DNA from: Diadema antillarum
Taxonomy: Eukaryota
Direction: 5' to 3'
Assembly: GCF_040938485.1 (NCBI RefSeq)
Contig: NW_027271013.1
Location: forward strand, 124,001 to 188,000
DNA: 64,000 nucleotides
Below the pieces are notes generated by a model. It did no database searches. It saw only the letters and a list, made by a program, of their open reading frames with translations, and had not been told where the DNA came from. Positions 11,966 through 23,156 of this stretch are shown here, piece by piece; the first letter of the stretch is position 1; the number at the start of each line of letters is the position of its first letter. Made by a program: the position numbers and the translations under genes.

Positions 11966-13129
11966 ATGACGACCGTAGGATATGCAGACCCCGTTGCTCA
12001 CTTAACATTTCCCAATTCCACGCAGACTGTGATGTCGCCGCTTGTCTTAGATTTACAGCGATACCTTCCATGTCTTGTAGGAATAATCTGTGCTTTGGGT
12101 TTGCTGTGCAATGGCTTTATCATCCTACTCCTTCTTACTTTTTCAAACATGAAAACTCTGGCCAATACTTTCATTCTCAATCTCGCTCTCGCAGACTTCT
12201 TCTTCATGGTGACTTTCCCCTTTCTCGGTCATCAGATGTACAGCGGTCAGTGGATATTCGGCCGCGTGATGTGCAAGATTGTAGTCCCGTATGACACCAT
12301 GACGCAATTCACCGTGGTGTTTTTTCTGGTTGTGATGGGATTCGATCGATACCTGGCAATTTGCCAGCCAATACGTTCCATGCATTACCGCACAATTCGC
12401 AACGGTCGCATCGTCAGTTTGCTGGTGTGGCTGACCTCTTTTCTTGTGTCTTTACCTGTCTGGATCTACACAGACCAGATTGCTTACAAAGTGGATGGTG
12501 GCACTGTTAACCTGTGCTTGGCACTGGCCAGGACAAATGACTCCGATGTGAACGGGTTCTACTGGTGGATTATCTACACCATCTTTTTTGACTTCTGTGC
12601 GCCTCTTACCATAATCTTTGTCTGTTACTTTCTCATCATCTGGAACCTGTGGCACAGCCCGCTGCAGGACATCCGTAACACGTCGCGGCGCGCCAGTCGC
12701 AAGGTGGCCGTGCTCGTCATCTGTATCGTGTTCATCTTTGTGTGCTGCTACCTACCGTTCTTCATCGTTCAGGTCATTCAGAGCAAGCTGGAAGCCACCG
12801 ACGGACTCTTGATTGCCTACATCATCAGCTGGTTCCTCATGTACAGTCACAGCACCATCAATCCCGTCGTCTACACCATGCTCGGTGAGAACTTTCGCCA
12901 GAACCTGCCGCGGCTGTGCCGCACCATTTTTCGCCGCCGGAAGACGGCCACGCGCCAGAGCAGTATGCGCACGTCGAGCATGTACCTCCGGCGTTCGAGG
13001 AGCTCGCTGAAGTCGTCGAACAGTACGGATGGGATGGGGAGAATCCATAGTAATGGATACCTCAGTGTCGGTCCCAAGATTACGGTCACAGCCCAACCGA
13101 GGCGATTACCCCTGGAAGATCCTGTGTAG
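11966..13129 (+). CDS. Somatostatin/allatostatin-C receptor-like class A GPCR, intronless CDS (387 aa from ATG 11966; 396 aa from ATG 11939)
   Basis: Seven hydrophobic segments with rhodopsin-family motifs: TM1 N (LCNGF), ICL1/TM2 MKTLANTFILNLALAD, ECL1 WIFGRVMCK, TM3 DTMTQFT...DRYLAICQP, TM4 W, ECL2 Cys, TM5 IIYT...PLTII.VCY, TM6 CCYLPF, TM7 NPVVY, helix 8 ENFR and Cys. MKT, QFT and IIYT/PLTII match somatostatin/AstC receptors as I recall them. ATG 11966 has A at -3. An in-frame TGA at 11861-11863 bounds the ORF; stop TAG 13127-13129. No orthology-level symbol assigned. Confidence 0.95.
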   Translation: MTTVGYADPVAHLTFPNSTQTVMSPLVLDLQRYLPCLVGIICALGLLCNGFIILLLLTFSNMKTLANTFILNLALADFFFMVTFPFLGHQMYSGQWIFGRVMCKIVVPYDTMTQFTVVFFLVVMGFDRYLAICQPIRSMHYRTIRNGRIVSLLVWLTSFLVSLPVWIYTDQIAYKVDGGTVNLCLALARTNDSDVNGFYWWIIYTIFFDFCAPLTIIFVCYFLIIWNLWHSPLQDIRNTSRRASRKVAVLVICIVFIFVCCYLPFFIVQVIQSKLEATDGLLIAYIISWFLMYSHSTINPVVYTMLGENFRQNLPRLCRTIFRRRKTATRQSSMRTSSMYLRRSRSSLKSSNSTDGMGRIHSNGYLSVGPKITVTAQPRRLPLEDPV

Positions 13130-15340
13130 ATTTCCTTCATCTCCCTTCAGAGAACAACTTCACAACGTTGCTTTATAACATTTCTGTATGATATATCATG
13201 ACGATATCTCAGTATTTATGCATGTTTGATGTGAATGTTATTGCATTTTCATGAACAAGAATGAACAACTGACAATTTGGGCATTTAGAATATTTTTTTT
13301 TTTTTGCGCATGAACAAAACATTCTTATCTTACTGCAACCATGAGAGTAACCCAGTTTGTGTCTGTTTGTAATATAGTACTTGACTGTCGTTTGAGTTTA
13401 TACTGATCACCATGAAACTTCTTTGTATTCACTCTATTCAGCTTTTACCAAAACCATGCAATGATGTAAACAGGTGTGTTATATTTCTTCCTAGAAGGGA
13501 TGGATGTGGCAGGGCTCCTAGTTAGAGAGAGTACTAGTATTGTCTGCCATCTGAGTCGTACCCAGTTGTGTTTGTATGACACCTGTGTTGGCAGCGTAGG
13601 GCGTTGTTCGTATTGTCAGCAAAGGATGCTGTCAGGGAAAAGGAAATGTCACTGAACATTGCACTGTTTAGGAGAATTATGTGGTCAGTGTATGTGGCAG
13701 TTCTGTGGTGCTCTGTAATATCTGTGGGTGTTACTTGGCAGATTATCTTAATAGACTCACGCAAGAAGAATGATCACTCTTGTTTGTAGTATATTGAGCA
13801 CAGAATCGATCTGTAAAAGTTTGTTGATTTTTCTAGTACAAAATGTCAGAAGTTTCATTGTAACTGATTACGAATGGGACACTGTTGGGTGTCCTATGTG
13901 CAAATTCAACGGGAATTTTATGATTTGGGAGGAAATGGATTAGCTTTCAAAACCAGCATATGTGGAAGGAAAAATCCTTTCTTTCAAAAGTCTCAATTGG
14001 ATCATTATGAGAGAAATTCATATGGATTATGTGGCTATTTTTTGCCATGCAGTGCATTTATGCCAAAGAGATTATTCAAATTTATTGATGATCTTGATTG
14101 ATATTGATTAATTTTTAATATATTTTTTTTAAGGTACAGAAGTATTCAGGAAATATGTATTCATTTCATACTTTGAAGTAATACGCCAAAATAGATTAAT
14201 GACTTCCAGTGATGAAAACTGTTGGGTGCTCAGCGAACTGAAGAACAAAAATTAATCCATAGAGAAAATGTTTTTTAACAAGGATTACTTATGTCAGTGT
14301 GTCATTCATTGTGGGTGATCTTTGTTTTTGCATTCTTCGCGTTAGCACTAAAGTGACACGTACTTGAATTTTCACTGCTAGTTTTCTCTCCAAGAAGTCA
14401 TTAAATGTGCTGCCAATGCCGGGCACATGAAGTGGGGTGAGGATGTAGCGTTGATTACCCGCCATTTTGCTGATAAACACCTGTGATGGGAACGTGATAG
14501 GCAAGGTTCACTGATTAACCAAAAAATTATGACCAATTTTTTAGTGGGTGCAAAGTGCAGACAAAGTCTTTGAGTAGAAGTGTGTACACACTTCAAAAAG
14601 TTTTCGATTACAGCATGTCAAATACAGAGTATTGATATATCAATAACTATGCTTGAAGAACTCCTATGTACCTTGAAGTGTATCAAACGTGTGGTGGTTT
14701 GTACGTAGCAATGCCTAGTTCATTACAGTGATTGAAGAGGGTGTCACACAAGATGACATGACATGACAGTCAAAATATTGAAAGAACTAATGTTCAGAGT
14801 CATTTCATTGATGATTAAGTACCCGGTACCGATGCCACTGTCTCCTAATATTGGATGTAATTTCCCCAGTCATCAATTTTACTTCTTTTATTTTTTAATG
14901 TGAATGTGCAATTGTCAGTCTAGTGCCTGTTCTCTTGTAACGTATTACTTTATTTTTCAGTGTGGGTGAGATAAGTAGGGAGCTTATTAAAAATCTGCAC
15001 TGTATATGTTTCTTGACACAAGAGCGACATAACTCAAGATGACTCTATTCTAAATCTCTGAGAATTTAACTCATTGAGAAAGTTGCTTTCCCCTCCTAGC
15101 CAATGATTGTTTGTTGTGACTGGATGTCTAACTCGATGCAAGGTTATGGCAATCTGTTTACTCTTATCTTTCTAGAAAAAAACAAAGAAAAGAATGATTT
15201 GAAACGTCAAAGCTGGAAAAAAAAATCTGCAAATGAAATTGTTAAATGACAAAGAAATCTCAAGTATAATTACCACATTTTCTTTTCTCACTTTCTGAGT
15301 AAAGGAAGAGCAAGTATATTGAGGCTGCGACTAACTGATT

Positions 15341-15388
15341 CAAACAAACAAACAAACAAACAAACAAACAAACAAACAAACAAACAAA
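15341..15388. repeat. (CAAA)12 microsatellite
   Basis: Perfect tetranucleotide run. Confidence 0.97.
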
Positions 15389-18300
15389 TGTGACAAGGAA
15401 GGTTGGAATACTGTTCTCACAATGATATAAGATCATCGAACAATATTCCAACTTTCCTTCTTACTTAAAAGATCAAATTGAAAAACGATGCTGCTGACTG
15501 GAAAGACAATTGTTACAAGTATAATTTACCCAAAATTGGTAGAATATTGAGCAAAAATTACCAAGATGAGCTCAAATGAACGTCAGAAACGTTACATTGT
15601 GAAATTGAATTCCACTTTTAAGATTTCAGACGACGATATGATGACATCATTCTAATTTTTCTGAAATATTGATATGATAGTGTATCACCTAAAAACATAC
15701 AGACAAACGATCTCTGATTTGGCCTACAATAACATCAGAAACCCATTCTTACCAAACATCTCTAGTCCACCAAAGAAGTACATGTACTTTACTCTAAGTG
15801 TCACATCAATCATGGGTCTATGTTCACACTCAACACATCCAAATTCAATGAACAACATACATGTATTTCCTGATGCATCTCATTCCAGTGTATTGTGTAA
15901 AAATGCAGCAAAACAGTGATGTATCTAAAGCTTACTCCTTACGTTAAATTTCTAAATGTTTGACTCACTGTGAAAACACATCTGGCAGAGTGAACTATTC
16001 TACATCAACCTGACGAAAATATGTGTATTTAGGAGCTTAAACAAGGAAGAAAGGAAAGCAGAAGGACTATTTTTCTGACATTGAGCACCTCAAAGTTACT
16101 CCTTCTGATTAGATATGATGGACTTCAGCAAAACTTGCCATCCCTCACAAGTGAACGCACTTGTTTTCAGGTACATGTACCTTAGAATACATTATGTTTT
16201 TTCCCCTCGCTAAGATTGTGTTGCAAGTGAAATTTTGAGGTATTTCAGTTCATGTATTCTCAGCAAGATCCGACTACACCAACAGTTCTGAAATGACTTT
16301 CAAAGCTATCCCATGGGTGTTGATGTTTTCAAGGGTTAATGTAAGCTTTCAGACCAATATTCTAGTTCATGCCTATCATGTCTGATCACATGAGCACCTA
16401 CTTCTGCTAATCTGTATTGACTCAAATAGAAATTCCTTGTGCCCCATCTTCTGTGCAATTAATGGAGTACATGACTGTGATCCAAATCATTCTTGGCGGG
16501 CTTATCAGCCATAATTTGTTAGGCTCAAGTATGCGTAAGGCATTTGTCATTTGTAGTCGAATTTAGTTGTTATTTTTTTTTTGTTCGTATTATGTTCAAA
16601 GGGTACTAAGCTTTGAACAGCTAAGATTCAATATAGAGCTGTATGTTTACCTGTACCTTTCTTCTGTTTGGTTTCCTCTGATTTTATAGCCACACATGCC
16701 TCTATCCAAGATTTTAAGAGTACAAGATCCAGTTAGATGAACACTAGACATGGGGAAGGTGCATGCTGTATATTGTTTAATTTTTTCCCCCTTCTGTGAT
16801 GTTGTTGTCTTTGGATGATATTTCAAGGTGTATTGAATTTGATGATGTTTGCTCTATAAATTTGTAGGACCTGCCATTATGTCATGACAAATAGATCCCC
16901 TGTGTCAATCACATGTGTTGAATCCTTTTGATTTGGTGCGACATGGTTACCTTACCTGTGCGGGTAAAGGGCTGTATCAGTTATAGATACTCATATGACC
17001 AGTACAGACGAGGAAGTGCTGAAGCAGTAACCAAACCTGACTAATGAGGGAAGAAGGAATTAATTCCAAGTTTTTATCTTAATCTGACATTTTAGAAGTC
17101 CCAGATAGATAAAAAGCGTGAATTATTTGTACTCAGAGATTAGCCAAACGCTTCTGTTAAATGTTTGATTGTACAACACGAATTTGTCATAATTTTGCAG
17201 AATATCGTGACCTACAAATGTTACACAAACAGGATGAGTTCTCACATATAACCTCTTCCTTCTGCTTATTACTCTGCCAATTTTCTGATTATTTTGATGC
17301 CTGCTCCATGGTTTTTAATCCAAAAAATTCTTAAATGACTCCCTGCCCCCTGACACAGGATTCACTGTGGAATTGATAATAAGATGACACCTAATGAAAC
17401 ATGGAGACATTTTACTTTGATCTCAGAAACTGAGGATGATAGATACAGTGAGAGTTATGGGTAGTTTTAGCTTGGCAGTGAATGGGTAAGGTATCGTGTG
17501 AGTCAGAATGTGAATGAGGAAGAAAGAGCTATTTGGTTGTGGTTGTGAGGAGAGATTATCGTGAACTTTCTCTGGATTTGTTGTGAAATGACATCATTCA
17601 GTTATGAATTAGATAGCTTATATCTTGCTTGTCTGCACTAATTTGGATTGACGACAGCCAAAAGTTTTTCACCACTGGAAAAACTCCTTGCAAGAGAATG
17701 GTTTGTCATGAGCCTGCTGGCCAGAGGAAATTCCCACCCAACTTAAAGTTGTATCTGTTCGACGGACCATGGGGTAATTAATTTATGGCCCTTCCCTGAG
17801 GAGCAATGTAGCGGCTCTATACTGTATTCTCAAATGATGCGTTGGATGATTATGTATTCATGTTGAACATGGAGGACAATTTGTCTCGCGCTAAATACCC
17901 TTGGCATCATCTTAATGCAATGTTACCAACTTTTACAGATTAGTGTGAAGTCGTGCCAGAATGTTTGGGAGATATACATCTCGTGTGAAAAGTTTGACTT
18001 TTGCCGATGTTGATTTTTGCCCTGGATGTTTGCGTGCGTGGGTGTGAAGAGAGGAAGATCAGGGCCTCTTTGGAGTTTTGATTCATACCGTGGTTTGACG
18101 TCAGCGCGTAGTATGTGAAACCAACTCTGCTGTTCAGGATGCCCAATATAATAGGGGACTTTTACATCATCTTTTCAATCATTGTATTCCATCATCTTTC
18201 ATATTTGATTTTTGAGAAAATATCAGGAATTATGGGCTGTTTTTGATTTTTTTTTTGACTTTTGTTTACTCCAACGCCTCGCCCACCTGTGGCAAGTTTA

Positions 18301-19832
18301 TTTGTACAAACATTCATCATGTTGCAGTGAAGTGCGTTTTTAACAATTGACGCTTTTGTGGGGTGTTCAAGGTGGAGTTTAGGCTTTAAAGACTTTGCAG
18401 GTTATGGAGAGGTGCTTCACGTTCCTTTACGCTGTTTTTGTAGCATCGCCGCTCACCGAAAGGTGTGCAGGCACGGGGTGAGATGACGTCAGGGACGGCT
18501 TGAGTGGGATGTCCACGCCTCCGAAAAGAGGAGAGTTGGTATTGATCTGTGTGAAAGACAAACATGCCTTCACCACTTCTTGTGCCCTCTGCATCACGAT
18601 GTCACCATTACGGCTCTTCATGAGAAATATTTCATTTCCAGTGTCTTCACCAAAATATCTATCTTGAACCCTGCCCTTCTCATTGTAGCTGGAATTACAG
18701 GGAAAACAACTTTTGCAAGTCACAAGTACCAGACTGTTGCTTGCTACTTTATAGAAAGTTTATTGAAATATGAAAATGTTTTTTTTTAATGTCTCATGTT
18801 CACACTTCTGATGCAAAGCAGTTACATTTGAAGCAATACAGGAGCCAGCATACAGTAGATCACTCTTTATAAGCCTTTTTAAGTAACTTTAAGTAATGAA
18901 GTCTTTGATACCATTTGATGTCATATGGGTTTAAAGTTGTCTAGACCATGACTGCTTGTGGCGTTGAGTGACCCAGCGACTGAATGAGTACAATTCAAGC
19001 ATTTATTGATCAGAATGTTGAATGGAGTTGTTCATTTCTACTCTCTGGCATTCTGTCACGAAACCTGCACTTCCTGCATAGTTCGACATTGCACTATTGC
19101 ACCGATGCAATGGCCCAGATACGCATTGGAGATGCTCTTTAAAATCCTTTAGCAAGAACAACGACAAAGGTGAATAATGATATTCATCTGCGTCAACCTC
19201 AGATAGAGTAAGAGAGATCTAGAAGCAGAGGAGTAGCAAAAAGCGGTCAGTTTCCTTTGCCACTGCTGAAAAGGTCAAGTGTCCAGTGGTCAAACTAGTG
19301 ACTGGTCCCAAGAAAGGCTCTTTGTCAGTCATCTTGCAATTACTCCGAGGAATTGACGGTACACACTTTGCAGTTATGTACATGTAGCACAATTGGTTGC
19401 ACTCAAATGTCCATTCACGTTAGACTCACTTTGTGAACTCATCAAAATGATATATGTACATCGTAAATCATAATACGTTTGTTCTTTGAATAAAGTTTTG
19501 GGGATTTCAGTTTGTTTTTGTTACATTTGTTCATCAGATGAAAACATCAAATAAATTTGTCAATGACAGTTTCCAAAATAGCAGAGGATCACTTATGGGG
19601 AGTTTTGTGCCGGGAAAGTATATCATTTCAATTGACAAAGGGGTCATATTTCATAGATTAATTTTGCTCATATGTATTTGTTTGTTCAAGAATAAACTAT
19701 CAATTTCTGTAAAATAAGTTTCCTCATGCATGAAACTTCTGCAAACTTTGCAAGAAGCCAGGATTTTCAAAAGTCAAGTGCACAAGAAAGTGCTTGTCTA
19801 CACAAAGCATTGAATGCTAGTGACAGTTCATA

Positions 19833-19945
19833 AAAGTTTCATGCCATGAAAAAAGGGCCATTGGTTCCATCCAATTTGTGAAAGTTTCTTGCCACAAAAA
19901 ACAAAAGGACATTGGTTCCAATTTGTGAAAGTTTCATGCCATGAA
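19833..19945. repeat. Minisatellite, about 2.4 copies of a 47-48 bp unit
   Basis: Units start AAAGTTTC(A/T)TGCCA at 19833, 19881 and 19928; CATTGGTTCCA and ATTTGTG are repeated. Confidence 0.8.
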
Positions 19946-20299
19946 TGTTTCTGGTTTTACAGTATTCACATTGTGGATGAAAGAGCTTGACCATGTTACA
20001 GCCTGCATTACAGGCCTTTAATCCAAGTATCCCCTTTTTGTTTAAGAATGGCAATTCGGATTGCATTTTTGGTTAACTTGAAGACAGTTATGGGAGATCC
20101 AAGCAGCTGCCAATATTTTGGTTGCTTGGTAACTATTCTATGCAGCTTCTGGAAAACATATTTGTATTTAAAGATGGCCCGGATAAACAGAGGATTTGCC
20201 TCATGTGATGTGATTGGGATGATCGTAGCGGAAATTGATGATGGACGGATTGTTTTATTCATGAGAATTAAAAATGTCAAGGTTCTGTAGACACATGGT

Positions 20300-20560
20300 C
20301 TCAGCAGTCGTATCACGGTTCAAGTCCTTTGCTTCTTCATTGTCCTTTTCTCACTTCCGAGGGCTCGAATCATGCGGGTTTCAAAGTCCCGCCGGGTGTC
20401 GTAGAGTGCGCGAATCGGCCGAGATCCACCGAGAAGTCAATGAGTCAGAAATATTGAAGACGCTCGAAGGTATGAAATTTAGCGAGTGGCGACGGAAATT
20501 AGGCACATTTTCGAGGGTCGCTGGGAAATGTCGCGCAGTGATATGCGGGATGCGATGACT
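20300..20560. promoter_or_regulatory. CpG-island-like patch
   Basis: 24 CpG counted in about 250 bp, against CpG-poor flanks. AP-1 site TGAGTCA at 20441-20447. Confidence 0.4.
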
Positions 20561-22559
20561 GTGCTCTCATGTTTACCTTGAGGTGGTTTCGTCAGCTTCC
20601 TTTGCTGAATTGAAGAGAGTTCTGATGCGGGAGATGCTTCAAGTGATCTGTTGACGAGATCACAGAGTGTATAGAGAGTTAATCTGTGACCATTAAACCA
20701 CACAACAACCAAGGACAAACACACAAGAAAAAAATACTTGAAAACCACATGTGTCCAATGCCAAAGCTAGATCCTGTAAAGTTGATTTGAAAGAAAGAAG
20801 AATTGTGGAAAAGGTAATTAAGAGTGTGTTTTTTCGTATTATTCTCAAGTGTTCACTTCCTTTAGTCAATTGAATATATTATTGAACCATATGGATTGTC
20901 AATTAGTTGAACTCTCTTGAATTGGTACAGTATTGAATTCTTACTTACAGAGAATAGAACTCGTTTGTGCTTATTTCATGATTTCTTGGATAATCAGATA
21001 TACACAAGGTCTTGTTTGTTTGCAGCACTAGTCCAGAATTTTCTAGAGCTCAGCTGCTCTTAGATTGTCTTATATCGAGAGTGAAGGATATCCCGTCATT
21101 ATGCAGTAATTGGATTTCACACAAATCACTCAAGATCAATTGCAGCACGATATCTTATTCTCCAGAGTTTTCATGTATTGAGCAATGTTAATACTTCAAC
21201 ATGCCTTGGGCAATCTTAATATTTCAGTGTGCATGGAGCAGTGTTATTTCAATAATTCATCATGTACTTGCTCGTATTTTAAAAAGCCTACCCATGGAAG
21301 AAACACTGCCAAATCGACCTTCAGAAAAGTCACATCACTCTAGCTATTATAGTTGTTTCGTTTGTGCAAAAAGAAAAAAATGCTACCAGGCCTTTGCACT
21401 GCTTTGTGAACATTTAAGGAAATGTCCATTGCTTGTGTAAAGATTTCAATAAAATAGTAAGAACTGCAGTGAGGAACCAATAGTGTTAAGATACAAAACT
21501 TGCCACTTCTTATTTTCACATGAATCAATTGGCCTGAGGTTTGATATTTACCATCTAGTATGTTTGTAAGCAGCCAATGGGGACATAATTTGCCGTAACT
21601 CTGTGGTCAAGAAACAATATTTTTTTACAAATGGTTAGTAACATATATTTATCTTTTAGCCGTTTTTTTTTTCTTAGTACAGATATTTAATATTCCTCAA
21701 CATATCAGTATGGAGGGAGTATGACTTCTTCCATGTCAATTTTCTTTGAGATAAATTAGATGTGGTATCTTGTGGCTATTGAACTACAACTTAACTTCTC
21801 TTAACATCTTCACTTAACATACATGAACTCTGGAATACATTGGTGTTTTTTTTCCCACTCACTGTCAAGTTTGATTATATGAGAATAGTAATGGACATGA
21901 ATCTTTAATATTCTAAATGTAATATGGGGGCAGTTTATTTTCACCAAGGAAAAAGCACAGCTCCATTCCAGACCCACATAGGAAATTCTTCCCCATCTGG
22001 CCTTCTCATTTAAATGGTGTGGGGAAATGGGCCGCTGTGGAATAAACCTTAAACTATTCAATTTGTGGATGATTTGCACATCAGATCAGATGCATTTTCA
22101 AAAGGTTACCAGCTGTCGTTGCACATGGCCACCGTACCTGACGTGATAATTCATGATGTAAAATTTTTTTTCTTTCCTCTAAAAATTATAAGACTGCAGT
22201 AGTGGAATGTACCCCTGGCAATCTGGTAGAATTTAGCATCTCTTACATGCTGATGTTATAAAAAGAAAAGAAAAGCACTATATCAAGGAATCCAAGATGA
22301 TTTGCCACAAAATGTATGATTGCTCCTTCAAATCCTGATTTTTTCTTAAGCACTTCCCTGATATTGCAGGACCGTAAAAAGTTGTCATTCCCCATGAAAT
22401 GAAACTATACATTAGCAATTCAGTGCTTTGATATTCACTAGCCATGACAAGCATCTTAACTTTTTATGATTTTTTTTCATTAACCAGTCTTGTGACTATT
22501 TTTTTGTACCATAAGGGGTTTATATTTCATTTCATATCTGACTTAAACATAAAAATCTA

Positions 22560-22803
22560 TACTGTATACGCCATATATTTAGCAAGACTTAATTTTCATG
22601 AATCAAGACTTCCCAACGATTTTGCAACAATTGCAACGATTTTTCGTGGAGTACAGTATTGAACGGAGATAAATGCATAGGTGCACATAACATTCATATC
22701 GCAATCAGAGTCAATGTTTTTGCATATCTTTGAATTCGCGGATAGCAACTGACTCGCAAAATTCACAAAAATAAAAACCACGAATTATTCAGCATATACT
22801 GTA
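22560..22803. mobile_element. TACTGTA-ended MITE, family C copy 2 (inverted relative to copy 1)
   Basis: Starts TACTGTATACGCCATATATTT and ends AGCATATACTGTA (decayed). Its reverse complement aligns with 4786-5033. Confidence 0.8.
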
Positions 22804-23090
22804 TATGACCACTCTACAGTGTAGAGTGCTTTCTATAACATCGTTGCTTGTGGAATCGCATACTAGATAATTTTGCCTGTGGGTTTGGTAATAAGTTATG
22901 CAGTTTGCCCATTCCTTTAAGACATTTCAATGCCTTGAACCCAGTTTGATATTCTAATCAATGGCCATGTCAGGCAACCTTTCTGGTTGCCAGGAGCAAC
23001 CTTTGTCTGAAGTTATACTTGAAAATTGTAAGGATTATTGGAGCTGGGTCCTGTTGCATAAAAGTGGAGATCAAACATACATAAGTATGA

Positions 23091-23156
23091 AAAATCAAAC
23101 ATAGGTCTCTGAATAGTCAATTCTAATTGGCTGATGCCTGACCTATGTTTGATTTT
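23091..23156. repeat. Inverted repeat / hairpin
   Basis: Perfect 17-bp arms AAAATCAAACATAGGTC (23091-23107) and GACCTATGTTTGATTTT (23140-23156), plus an inner stem AGTCAAT/ATTGGCT. Confidence 0.85.

Noticed and set aside
16956-17036. 81-nt minus-strand segment with good acceptor and CAG|GTAAG donor
   Set aside because: All three frames contain stops, so it is not a coding exon. A non-coding exon cannot be supported without transcripts.
19095-19115. miR-92-like seed TATTGCAC in a small CATTGCA/TGCAATG hairpin
   Set aside because: Only the seed matches. The 3' part and hairpin geometry do not fit.
19833-19945. Repeat-spacer-like pattern suggesting a CRISPR array
   Set aside because: The units are contiguous tandem copies with no unique spacers, there are no cas genes, and the context is eukaryotic.
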